Source: a bacterium
GTDB taxonomy: Bacteria > Patescibacteriota > Minisyncoccia > Phycocordibacterales > UBA2100
DNA: 64,000 nucleotides
Direction of reading: 5' to 3'
Assembly: GCA_030674455.1 (NCBI GenBank)
Contig: JAUSGQ010000007.1
Coordinates: forward strand, 19,947-83,946
Shown: positions 36,421 to 45,537 of the stretch, piece after piece
Position numbering within the stretch: the stretch's first letter is position 1
How the letters are laid out: each line of letters begins with the position of its first letter
Notes under the pieces: model-generated
Databases searched by the model: none
What the model was told of the DNA's origin: nothing
The model's input: only the letters and a program-made list of their open reading frames with translations
Program-made: the position numbers and the translations under genes

Positions 36421-36551
36421 CATAATTGACGGGGTGATGTACTATGCTGGCGTAATGTAAGTTTTCCATAGCTTGAGTAGGTTGCATTAGACCAAGGGAA
36501 GCGAGGAAAGGTTGGTTTACATTTTTATACAGAAAACAAAAAAATAGCATC

Positions 36552-36893
36552 ATGGCAAAGAAACTTTACGTCGGCGGGCTGCCTTACAGCACGACCGATG
36601 CAGAACTCAAGGACGCTTTCTCGCAGTCTGGTTCCGTCGTGTCGGCCGTCGTCATCATTGATAAGATGAGCGGGCGCTCGAAGGGATTCGGATTCGTAGA
36701 AATGTCATCCGATGAGGAAGCGCAGAAAGCGATAGACGCTTTCAACGGGAAGGACTTCGGCGGACGAACCCTCACAGTAAACGAGGCTCGCCCGATGGAG
36801 GAGAGACCGCGACGCGATTTCCGAGGTGGCGGCAATGGCGGCAGTGACCGCGGCGGCTACGGAGGAGGCGACAGAGGCGGACGAAGCTGGTAA
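36552..36893 (+). CDS. RRM-domain RNA-binding protein with Gly/Arg-rich tail
   Basis: RNP-1 motif KGFGFVEM and RNP-2 motif LYVGGL. Confidence 0.9.
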   Translation: MAKKLYVGGLPYSTTDAELKDAFSQSGSVVSAVVIIDKMSGRSKGFGFVEMSSDEEAQKAIDAFNGKDFGGRTLTVNEARPMEERPRRDFRGGGNGGSDRGGYGGGDRGGRSW

Positions 36894-36911
36894 TTTTTCA
36901 GCTTTTCAAAC

Positions 36912-36948
36912 AAAAAGCTCTGTGGTAAAACGCAGAGCTTTTTGTTTT
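36912..36948 (+). terminator. rho-independent terminator (AAAGCTCTG...CAGAGCTTT plus TTTGTTTT)
   Basis: Stem plus T-run directly after the RRM gene. Confidence 0.7.
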
Positions 36949-37155
36949 ATCTGTCGAGGATAGCGAGAGAAGTGAAAGAGTACTCTCTTTCACTTCTGAG
37001 CGGCGCAGACAGCAAAGGTGATAACCCCGCGGCTTGCCGCGGAAACCTTTCATACGCATCTGACCTATAACCTTTTACCTGACACCTGTAACCTGTTGCG
37101 TGATATCCACAAGCTAGTAAAGGAAATTACACTCTGATGAGTCATACTGTACTCA

Positions 37156-37536
37156 ATGCTTAGATACCGCTCTCTTCTCGGGTGGGGAATTACGATATAC
37201 GCCATTATGTATGTGGTGTGGGCCGGCTTCACCATATACGGATTTATAGTGGGCACTGCGCCTCATGTCGCGGCTCTGCTCATCCTGCTCGTGATTGCCG
37301 CGATTGCCGGAAGTTCTCTGCGCCTCGCCTCATGGAAAGACATCTTTCCATACTCGCTCACGTGGGCTGTATCAATGGCAATATTGAATTCTGTCATGTC
37401 TATGCCATATGTCGGATGGAATGTATTTGCGGAACCATACGTCTGGGCTAGTTATGCGCTCGTCGTGCTTGTCCCGCTATTTTGCGCCGAGCAAGTTTCT
37501 ATAACGGATGAGATGTCGTCGCGGTGGCACACGTAG
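37156..37536 (+). CDS. hypothetical membrane protein
   Basis: 126 aa with 3-4 TM helices. Confidence 0.4.
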   Translation: MLRYRSLLGWGITIYAIMYVVWAGFTIYGFIVGTAPHVAALLILLVIAAIAGSSLRLASWKDIFPYSLTWAVSMAILNSVMSMPYVGWNVFAEPYVWASYALVVLVPLFCAEQVSITDEMSSRWHT

Positions 37537-38798
37537 GCGCTATGGCAGTTACTCAAGATGCAGTAATTCTATCCGATGCGGGACATAGGTTCGGGTTTCT
37601 CCACATTCACAGATTTGTATTTCGAATAGGGTTGAGCATCGCGAATACATTCGCTTGGATTTTCGTGCTTCAGTATTTTATAAATATAACGAGCAGCCTC
37701 TCGCGGGCATTTATTGCCGTATTTGTAATGTATGCAATCGGGCAGGTGGTGACTATTATTTTGACGCCCATTTCCGCGGCACACTTGCGCCGCGGCACGA
37801 GGCATTCGCTATTTTTCGGCGCACTCGTCGCCGGCGGCGCATATATAACGCTCGGTGCAACTCTTGGTGGAATATTCAACGGCGCGTCGATGGGGTTGGC
37901 ATCGACACCTGTAGACGGGCCGACTGGATGGGGAATAGCGGTATTTGCGATACTCCTCGGCGCATACAGAGCCATTTATTGGGTTCCATACCAACTCCGC
38001 TCATCCACAGAGGAGCACGGTCGCTCCCGCCTGCCGCTTGTATACGAGGCTTTAATCGCTCTCATGCCAGCGTTTGCGGGAATCACGATGGCGGTTGAGC
38101 CATTTGCTCCTCTGCGCCTACTCTTCGGTAGTGCTGTCTTGCTTGCTGTTTCTCTTTTGCCGATTCTGCCGCTCAAAGATTATTACGAAAGATTTTCGTG
38201 GAATTACGGAGAGACCTTCGCACAATTATTAAAGCCCCGCAATCGCCGCTTGCTATCATCTTCGTTTAGCGGGGGATTGCAGGGAACAGTACTATTCCTG
38301 ATATGGCCGATTTATGTTTTCTTTCTCGTTGGCACAAATTACAAAGTCCTTGGAGCAATATTGAGTGTTACATTTTTTGCGGTGCTTCTTCTGCGCTACG
38401 CCTATCGCAAGCTGGCTCACAAGGTGAAATTCAGCCAATCAGTCGTAGTTCACATCGTATTTTCCATGTCGGGTTGGGTGATGCGGATTTTTGTCGGCTC
38501 GCCACTCGGTGTAGTTCTTGCTGATTCTTATTCCCATATCGGCGCTCCTCGAACTTCTCACAGCATAGACACGCACACCATGGAACAAACTGCCGACAAC
38601 GGCTCGTTTATCGATGAATACACCGCTCTCAAAGAAATTGGGCTGGCCATTGGCAGAATCGGCGCGTGCGCAATAGCGGGATTACTTTTCGTGCTTACAA
38701 CGCCTCCAATAGCGCTCACCGGCATGCTGCTTATAGCGGGAATTTCCGCGGCGGTTTCTGTATATATGGAACGAACCGCCGAGCGAAATTCATTTTAA
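37524..38798 (+). CDS. polytopic membrane protein (transporter-like, about 10-12 TM)
   Basis: 424 aa and hydrophobic throughout. No family can be named with confidence. Confidence 0.45.
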   Translation: MAHVGAMAVTQDAVILSDAGHRFGFLHIHRFVFRIGLSIANTFAWIFVLQYFINITSSLSRAFIAVFVMYAIGQVVTIILTPISAAHLRRGTRHSLFFGALVAGGAYITLGATLGGIFNGASMGLASTPVDGPTGWGIAVFAILLGAYRAIYWVPYQLRSSTEEHGRSRLPLVYEALIALMPAFAGITMAVEPFAPLRLLFGSAVLLAVSLLPILPLKDYYERFSWNYGETFAQLLKPRNRRLLSSSFSGGLQGTVLFLIWPIYVFFLVGTNYKVLGAILSVTFFAVLLLRYAYRKLAHKVKFSQSVVVHIVFSMSGWVMRIFVGSPLGVVLADSYSHIGAPRTSHSIDTHTMEQTADNGSFIDEYTALKEIGLAIGRIGACAIAGLLFVLTTPPIALTGMLLIAGISAAVSVYMERTAERNSF

Positions 38799-39023
38799 AA
38801 TAATCAATTTAGGTATATCCTTGGTTCGGGAATGTGTGATAGTTGGCCTGTTTGCGATTGACCTTGGTCCGGCCCAATCCAGACTGAAGAGAAACTACAT
38901 AACCAATTGTTGACTCTCCCGGGTGAACATGGACTCATTCACTCATTACTCGCGGCCAGGCTCTCCTCCTGGTCGCTTTTTTTTGCAAAAAAAAAGACGC
39001 GTCCGGACGCCGTTCAGCCTAAT

Positions 39024-39353
39024 CTAATTGTTCTCATCTGGCTGGCTTTTACTTATAAAAGAAACCTTGGGCAGTATTATCGGACGCCGTGCATCCTCCT
39101 CAGGTTTCTTAGCTACCGAAGATTCTGGCTGTATATTTTCTTGCGAATGTTCTGTGTTTTTAGCCAGAATTTGCTTCATTCGAGATTCAGGAATCGCATC
39201 AAGGGCCTCTCGCAAGGTAATATTCTTTCTACCTGCAAATCTTGGCTTAGCGAATGGCTTTGGTTCTTCTTTCATGCATGGAATGAACTCGAAGTCTATC
39301 CTATAGTTTTGTGAGATTCTCGCTTTCTGTAATTTTCCCACCATAGTGCACAT
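39024..39353 (-). CDS. hypothetical protein (weak call; overlaps the next ORF by about 58 nt)
   Basis: ORF only. Confidence 0.2.
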   Translation of the reverse strand: MCTMVGKLQKARISQNYRIDFEFIPCMKEEPKPFAKPRFAGRKNITLREALDAIPESRMKQILAKNTEHSQENIQPESSVAKKPEEDARRPIILPKVSFISKSQPDENN

Positions 39354-39745
39354 TCAAGAAACTCTTCCGGATCCTTATTTGCGTCAACATTTTCGTTATC
39401 CCAGTCAGTCAACTTTTGAATGGCAGCAATCGCCTTTTGGTCGACGGCATCACCCACATTTGGCTCGATTGGGGGAGTATTTGTGACTACACGTATCTTC
39501 TCCATTCTTAGTCGTACTTCATCATTTGATCCATACTTGCTTATGATCGCTTTTGCGTTTCGATCCGCCTGCTGTTCTAACCTCCGTTTGTCCATCTCTC
39601 GTGTCCTCAGATTCGTCATAAATCCCTCTACATCTCGTTTGTGCGCAACAACATTTCTAACTTCTCGAGTATGCACTATTCTATTTCTGGGGAATTGGAC
39701 CACTTTGCCCGGCTTATCTTTGTTGTCGCTGCCGCTTTCAATCAT
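39296..39745 (-). CDS. hypothetical protein
   Basis: 149-aa ORF. Confidence 0.3.
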   Translation of the reverse strand: MIESGSDNKDKPGKVVQFPRNRIVHTREVRNVVAHKRDVEGFMTNLRTREMDKRRLEQQADRNAKAIISKYGSNDEVRLRMEKIRVVTNTPPIEPNVGDAVDQKAIAAIQKLTDWDNENVDANKDPEEFLECALWWENYRKRESHKTIG

Positions 39746-39785
39746 GTTAGTACTATATCACTTTCCACGCTCGCGAGTATGTTTA

Positions 39786-40265
39786 CTACAATAATGATTC
39801 AATCACCTCTTTTACAACAGTCCCATCCGTCTGTCCTTTCAACTCTTTCATAACCGCGCCGACGAGCTTACCCCTAAACGCGGCGTTTTGCGTCGCGTCG
39901 GGCGAACCGCCTTCGGCGGTTTTAGCCATTTTCTCTTTGACTTGTTTTGCAACCACCTCAATTTGCTCGCGCGACATCTGAGCCGGCATATATTCCTCGA
40001 GTATTTTCATTTCCGCTTCTTCTTTCTGCGCTAAGTCTTCGCGGTTGCCCGCTTTGAATTGCTGAATAGAGTCTTTGCGCTGTTTAACCGCACGCTTGAT
40101 TACATTAAGTGCGTCCGCATCCGCAATCTGCTCTTGCGGCTTAATGCCTTTTGAGACCAGTTCGTTCGTGAAAGCTGATAGCAACCCGCGCAAAGTGTTC
40201 ATTTTTAGCGAGTCCTTTGCCCTCATCGCATCGGTCAATTCCTCGCGTATTTTTGCACTCAACAT
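39786..40265 (-). CDS. yqeY: GatB/YqeY-domain protein
   Basis: Typical YqeY length (159 aa), with LKMNTLRGLLSAFTNE and EEYMPAQMSREQIE segments. Confidence 0.75.
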   Translation of the reverse strand: MLSAKIREELTDAMRAKDSLKMNTLRGLLSAFTNELVSKGIKPQEQIADADALNVIKRAVKQRKDSIQQFKAGNREDLAQKEEAEMKILEEYMPAQMSREQIEVVAKQVKEKMAKTAEGGSPDATQNAAFRGKLVGAVMKELKGQTDGTVVKEVIESLL

Positions 40266-40310
40266 ATACGCGAATTATAACAAAATCAGACCGTGGTACA
40301 ATGCTGAAAT

Positions 40311-41444
40311 ATGGAATGGTCTATTTTTGTAACCCCAGGAGCGCTTGTTCTGTTTTTCGTACTTCTTTACGTAAAGCGTCGCGCAATTGCAGACTATTTT
40401 ATTGTTGTATCTCAAAAAGCGGTTGATGAAAGTCTCAAGGTAGCGGAACAAAGAACTAGAGAGGTCATGAAAGATGAAAGGGAAAGAATTACTGAATTAG
40501 TAGAGGCGCGCATGAAGCTTAACGATCAATCACTAGAAGCAAAAAAAGATTTAATACTTGAAAGCGTTAAGAATATGCGCGAGGAAATTAATCGTAGTCA
40601 GGACAGGCTTGTTAAGACTGACGAGAAGAGAGTCACGGAATTTGAGAATCTACGAACTCTGATGTCAGAGCAGAAGGCCGTCACTCAGTCGCTGCAGTTG
40701 ACAACTGATAACCTAAGGCGAGTGCTTTCGAATAACCAGATGCGCGGTTCATTCGGGCAGGAAGTGGCTGAGGATCTTTTAAAAATGGCAGGCTTTGTTA
40801 AGGGTCAAAATTACTCCTCACAGGAACAACAAGGTTCTGGCAATAAGCCGGATTTCACGATTTTACTTCCCGATGGAACCAAGGTGAATATTGACGTAAA
40901 ATTCCCGTTCCAAGCTCTTCAGCGACTCCAAGAAACAGAAGATAAAGAACAACAAAAACAATATCTTGCGGAATTTAAGGGAGCCATAAAAACCAAGATG
41001 AAAGAAGTTACGACGCGTGATTATATAAATCCTGAGGAAAATACGGTTGACTTTGTAATAATGTTCATCCCAAATGAAATGATTTTTAGTTTCATTTATG
41101 AGAAATTTGACGATGTTTGGAGAGATGGGATGAAAAGCAAAGTTGTCATGTGCGGCCCTTTTGGATTTGTTGCCATTTTACGAATGATTCAGCAGTCGTA
41201 TGAGAATTTTAAGTATCAGAAAGATTTACATAACATAATTGCGCAAATTAAGATATTTGAGACTGAATATATAAAATTTAGTGAATCACTTGATACTCTG
41301 GGCGATAAAATTTTATTGGTTGATAAACAATACCAAGTAGTTTCTGGTGTGCGTGACCGGCAACTAACGAAAGTGATCGATAAAATTCGCTCAGGTGGAA
41401 CTGTTTTAAACGAACCAGTATTAAAGATTAGCTCTAAGGACTAG
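40311..41444 (+). CDS. rmuC: DNA recombination protein RmuC
   Basis: N-terminal TM anchor, a coiled coil and a C-terminal RmuC nuclease-like region (GSFGQ...DFTILLPDGTKVNIDVKFP). Confidence 0.8.
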   Translation: MEWSIFVTPGALVLFFVLLYVKRRAIADYFIVVSQKAVDESLKVAEQRTREVMKDERERITELVEARMKLNDQSLEAKKDLILESVKNMREEINRSQDRLVKTDEKRVTEFENLRTLMSEQKAVTQSLQLTTDNLRRVLSNNQMRGSFGQEVAEDLLKMAGFVKGQNYSSQEQQGSGNKPDFTILLPDGTKVNIDVKFPFQALQRLQETEDKEQQKQYLAEFKGAIKTKMKEVTTRDYINPEENTVDFVIMFIPNEMIFSFIYEKFDDVWRDGMKSKVVMCGPFGFVAILRMIQQSYENFKYQKDLHNIIAQIKIFETEYIKFSESLDTLGDKILLVDKQYQVVSGVRDRQLTKVIDKIRSGGTVLNEPVLKISSKD

Positions 41445-41515
41445 AGAAGCACAGCTTGAGGACTAGACTAGACCTTGCTGTGATGTTCAGCGTGGGTTAT
41501 AGTGTTCGCTTCATG

Positions 41516-41824
41516 GCAAAGATAGCTATCATAGAGACAGGAGGGAAGCAGTACCTGGTCACCCAGGATTCTGTTTTGAATGTTGAAAAGCTTCCCGCAA
41601 CTGACGGTAAAATCACTTTTGATAAGGTGTTGCTTGTGGATGACGGAAAAGAAACCACGGTTGGCGCACCATATATCGCCGGCGCAGTAGTCTCCGCGGA
41701 GCATGTTGCAGAAGGAAGAAACCCGACAGTTACCGTAATCAAATACCGCCAAAAGAGCCGATATTTCAAAAAGAGGGGACACAGACAGCCATTCACGAAA
41801 GTAAGAATCACCGCCCTGCCGTAG
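41516..41824 (+). CDS. rplU: 50S ribosomal protein L21
   Basis: MAKIAIIETGGKQY start. It is followed by terminator CCGCCCT...AGGGCGG-TTTT overlapping the stop. Confidence 0.9.
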   Translation, partial: AKIAIIETGGKQYLVTQDSVLNVEKLPATDGKITFDKVLLVDDGKETTVGAPYIAGAVVSAEHVAEGRNPTVTVIKYRQKSRYFKKRGHRQPFTKVRITALP

Positions 41825-41846
41825 GGCGGTTTTCTTATCCCAATCG

Positions 41847-41867
41847 ATTGAGATGACATCTCAATCC
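41847..41867. terminator. hairpin GATTGAGATG-A-CATCTCAATC after rplU (family of 3)
   Basis: 10-bp arms. A second hairpin ATGAGGTT-TAA-CCTCAT follows. Confidence 0.5.
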
Positions 41868-41890
41868 GATGAGGTTTAACCTCATAGATT

Positions 41891-42496
41891 CTAACGTCTG
41901 GAATCGAGAGCGCTTTTTATTGTGTCGGGGTCGGCGTATTCAATTTCGCTACCGGTGGAAAGGCCTCTGCCGAGCGATGTAACTCTCAATGAATGGCCCT
42001 TTGCAAGGGATTCCAATTCCTCTTTAAGCCGGATGGATGTGGCATCACCTTCGGGATTGGCAGGAAATGCCAAAATTATTTCTTTTAATCCGCCTTTGGC
42101 CAATTTTGGAACATACGCAATTAGCTCGCGCAGTCGCAAACCACTAAGTACTTCCGATGCGAGCGACACCGTTCCACCGAATACGAAATATTTTCCACGA
42201 TACGTTCCACTTCGCTCAATGGCCAAAAGGTCAGTATCGTTCGCTACAACGGCAAGCAGAGTGCTGTCGCGCTCCAGGTTTTCGCATATCGAGCATATCG
42301 CACGCTTACCCGAGTGATATCGCATGCACTCCAAACACTGGTGAACGGCGGCGCTTAGACTTTCAATAGCCGCCGCGAGTTCAGCGCGCGTCCTTTGCGA
42401 ACTACGCAGAAGAAACTGAACAAACCTGCCGGCTTGCCGCGGGCCGATGCCGGGGAATTTCTCGAATATTGATGACAGTTTTTCAATGGAATCCAT
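41891..42496 (-). CDS. recR: recombination protein RecR
   Basis: HhH motif (KFPGIGPRQA), C4 zinc finger, Toprim domain and a C-terminal Walker B-like segment. Confidence 0.9.
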   Translation of the reverse strand: MDSIEKLSSIFEKFPGIGPRQAGRFVQFLLRSSQRTRAELAAAIESLSAAVHQCLECMRYHSGKRAICSICENLERDSTLLAVVANDTDLLAIERSGTYRGKYFVFGGTVSLASEVLSGLRLRELIAYVPKLAKGGLKEIILAFPANPEGDATSIRLKEELESLAKGHSLRVTSLGRGLSTGSEIEYADPDTIKSALDSRR

Positions 42497-42501
42497 ATTG
42501 T

Positions 42502-42597
42502 CCCAATCTACGAATCATCCGAATACTACAAATGACTGCAAATACTCGCATTTCTTATTCGTAGACATTTGTAGATTGGAATCCATTTGTAGATTGG
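42502..42597. repeat. composite GTAG-palindromic repeat, copy R2, filling the recR-dnaB spacer
   Basis: It has the words CCAATCTACGAAT and ATTTGTAGATTGG, the latter twice. Confidence 0.85.
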
Positions 42598-42601
42598 CAC
42601 T

Positions 42602-43990
42602 TCAAAACGGTGAATCTTCTTCACCGACTTTTGCCTCGGTCGCAAAATCTCCAAAATCGCTCTTTTCTATCGGAAGAAAAGTGGTTTTGGCCTCATCAAA
42701 CCGCAGGTCGATTTTACCCACGGGGCCGTTGCGGTGCTTCTCTATCATGATTTCTGCAATGCCCGGCCTGTCTGAATTCTCGTTCATTTTGTCGTCGCGG
42801 TGTATGAACATGACGACATCCGCGTCTTGCTCCAGAGCGCCCGAGTCGCGAAGGTCGGAGAGGCGCGGTTTTCCTCGCCGACTCTCCACCGCACGCGAAA
42901 GCTGGGAAAGCGCAAGAACCGGCACGTCTAGCTCGCGCGCCATTGCTTTAAGTGAGCGGGATATTTCCGTTATCTGCTGGACCATTGAATCTCCTCCGCG
43001 CGCGTGAAGGGGAGTTATAAGCTGAAGATAATCAATTACGACGAGACCAAGACCTTTTTCCATCTTTAGCCGGCGGGCGACAGAACGCATCGAGAGAACC
43101 GTACTGCTTGGCCTGTCATCAATGTATATAGGCGCTTCGGATAGAACACTGAGTCCCGCCTGCAGCCGCTCGTATTCCGCGTCTTTTGAAATCTTGCCGG
43201 TGCGCAAGCGCCACGCATCAACTCCCGCCTGAGCCGCGAGCATTCTGTCTACGAGCTGTTGGGAACTCATTTCCAAAGAGAAGATGCCGACAGCCGTTCC
43301 ATGCTTAGTCGCTGTCTGGCGAGCTATGTCCAAAGCAAGCGCAGTCTTTCCCATTGAAGGTCTCGCCGCGAGAATGATGAGGTCTGATTTTTGGAAGCCA
43401 GCGAGAATATTATCTAGCTGGGGAAAACCGGTGGGAACGCCTCGTATCGTGCCGCCGTGTTTCTGAAGATGCTCCAACCGTTCCCACGCTTCCGACAACT
43501 CGTCTTTGAGCGCCGAAAAAGATTGCAGCATCGGCGAATTAGCAACTCTAAAAACTGCGGCCTGCGCCTCATCTAAGATTTCTTCTATTTCGCGGTCTTC
43601 CTGAAAGCCAAGCTCTCCAATCGTTGAGGCGGCATTTATGAGTGAGCGAAGAATAAATTTCGTCTGTACAACGTGCGCGTAATGCTGGGCGCTCCCGGGG
43701 CTCGCCGCGGCTCCCGTTAATTCCGAAAGGTACGCCGCACCGCCTATGTCCGCGAGTTGCTTTCGTTCTTTGAGCTTGCCGGAAACTGTAACTACATCAA
43801 TGGGTTCGCCTTTAGAGTAAAGAGCCATCATTGATTCATAGATGACGCGATGCTTACCGGCATAAAACGAGTCCGCGATTACAATGTCCGCGACCTCGTA
43901 CATCGCGTTCTGGTTCATCATGAGCGCCCCGAGGAGTGCGCGCTCTGTTTCAACATCTTGCGGCGGAACTCTCGGAGTATTCACTGACAT
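42602..43990 (-). CDS. dnaB: replicative DNA helicase
   Basis: DnaB N-terminal domain, Walker A GARPSMGKT and RecA-like motifs. Confidence 0.9.
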   Translation of the reverse strand: MSVNTPRVPPQDVETERALLGALMMNQNAMYEVADIVIADSFYAGKHRVIYESMMALYSKGEPIDVVTVSGKLKERKQLADIGGAAYLSELTGAAASPGSAQHYAHVVQTKFILRSLINAASTIGELGFQEDREIEEILDEAQAAVFRVANSPMLQSFSALKDELSEAWERLEHLQKHGGTIRGVPTGFPQLDNILAGFQKSDLIILAARPSMGKTALALDIARQTATKHGTAVGIFSLEMSSQQLVDRMLAAQAGVDAWRLRTGKISKDAEYERLQAGLSVLSEAPIYIDDRPSSTVLSMRSVARRLKMEKGLGLVVIDYLQLITPLHARGGDSMVQQITEISRSLKAMARELDVPVLALSQLSRAVESRRGKPRLSDLRDSGALEQDADVVMFIHRDDKMNENSDRPGIAEIMIEKHRNGPVGKIDLRFDEAKTTFLPIEKSDFGDFATEAKVGEEDSPF

Positions 43991-44109
43991 TTCGCGATTC
44001 TATCACGGCACGCATTTATAAATACTATGGAATCAACTTCAATTCTGTGTTCTACATGGGGAAAACTATCTAGGTGGTAAACTTTACTCGTACCCCCAGT
44101 TTTAGAGAG

Positions 44110-44197
44110 AAAGCCATGCATTTTTGACGGTGCGGGTTTATCTTCCCTTCTACAGGTGCCTATCATGACCGATAGGCCGTCAAAAATGCATGGCTTT
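44110..44197. other. long structured element with 21-bp inverted repeat AAAGCCATGCATTTTTGACGG / CCGTCAAAAATGCATGGCTTT and an inner hairpin CCTATC..GATAGG, inside a 457-nt noncoding region
   Basis: The inverted repeat is visible on inspection. This is the largest intergenic region in the window. Confidence 0.5.
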
Positions 44198-44456
44198 TGA
44201 AAGTTCGTGTTGCCATAAGGTTGACGTTATGGTATTGTTCTGTTATTGTCACGGTGTAAGCGAGTCACAGCAAAACATAATCCCTAAAATAGTCAAATAA
44301 ATCAACCCAAAAGCAACTTTATGCCCGGTAGGACAATTTCGAATCGCATTGTATGAACAATCAACATCACAGTAAGCAAATATTGACGGGTCGGTTTTTA
44401 CATATGTACACAGGTACAACTACTGCAGAAATTATTCGAAATTGTACTAACCGGGT

Positions 44457-45476
44457 ATGATCACATTTTCGCCGCGAGCAGTATCAAAGGATCTATTGTC
44501 TGAACTTCAGGACCGTTCTCGGCACGTTCTTATAGAGCGATTCGGCCTCGGCCCCAAGGGCATCTCAAGGACACTCGATTCGATCGGCCAAGAATACGGC
44601 ATCACGCGCGAACGCATTCGCCAGATAGAAAACCACGCTGTCGCGCAGGTACGAGAATCATCGAAATACGCCGAGCACACTGCGCACCTTAACGATCTAA
44701 AAACCGCGATTCACAACCTGGGCGCGGTTCTTTCGAACCAAACCATACTTTCGAACATTGCGGATGAAAAAGACCGCAATCATGTTGTATTCCTGCTTAC
44801 CGTCGGCCATCATTTCACAGACCGCCGCGAGAACAACGACTTTTATGCGCGATGGCACACCGACGAACAGCTGGCGGACCAAGTGGAGCGGGCGCTTACG
44901 AGCTTGGCCAGCTCGATCGAACCAGACAAGCTGACGCCGGAAGAAGAGTTTTTACAGATTTTTGCAAAGGCACTCAAACAGGAAGGAATTAAGAATCGCC
45001 CGAATGAAGTGCTGTCGAGATGGCTCGTCATATCAAAGCGCATAGGCCGCAATCCGCTTGGCGAATGGGGTAGGGCGGATTCTCCGCACGTGAGAATAAA
45101 GAACACGCGCGATTTTGCATACCTCACTTTGCGCCGCCACGGCTCGCCGATGCACTTCACAGAAGTTGCGAAGAACATCAGAGACCTTTTTGGCCGCGAA
45201 GCTCATCCCGCAACGACGCACAACGAGCTAATCAAAGACAACCGCTTCGTTTTGGTAGGCCGCGGATTGTATGCACTCAAAGAGTGGGGCTACCAGCCGG
45301 GCGTCGTTCGCGATGTCATCAAAGCCATTCTCGAACGCGAGGGAGCGCTCACGCGAGAAGAGATAGTTGAACGAGTACGGCGCGAACGCTATGTCAAAGA
45401 CGCGACTATTGCCGCCAATCTTCAGCACGGCATTTTCATTCGACTTTCGGATGGACGCCACTCTCTCGCGAAATAA
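44457..45476 (+). CDS. sigma-70 region-4-like HTH domain protein (N-terminal), function unknown
   Basis: The segment LGPKGISRTLDSIGQEYGITRERIRQIENHAVAQVR resembles a sigma-70 region 4 HTH. Confidence 0.45.
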   Translation: MITFSPRAVSKDLLSELQDRSRHVLIERFGLGPKGISRTLDSIGQEYGITRERIRQIENHAVAQVRESSKYAEHTAHLNDLKTAIHNLGAVLSNQTILSNIADEKDRNHVVFLLTVGHHFTDRRENNDFYARWHTDEQLADQVERALTSLASSIEPDKLTPEEEFLQIFAKALKQEGIKNRPNEVLSRWLVISKRIGRNPLGEWGRADSPHVRIKNTRDFAYLTLRRHGSPMHFTEVAKNIRDLFGREAHPATTHNELIKDNRFVLVGRGLYALKEWGYQPGVVRDVIKAILEREGALTREEIVERVRRERYVKDATIAANLQHGIFIRLSDGRHSLAK

Positions 45477-45537
45477 GATTTTGGGGTCCGACCGATATAA
45501 CGCTAGCAAATGCGGTCGCATTTGCTAGCGTTATAGA

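Noticed and set aside
38907-39314. Plus-strand ORF 38907..39314 and other ORFs in the 38800..39800 region
   Set aside because: They overlap the minus-strand hypothetical ORFs and a bidirectional terminator (T8/A9 at about 38975..39000). Coding assignments in this 1-kb region remain uncertain.
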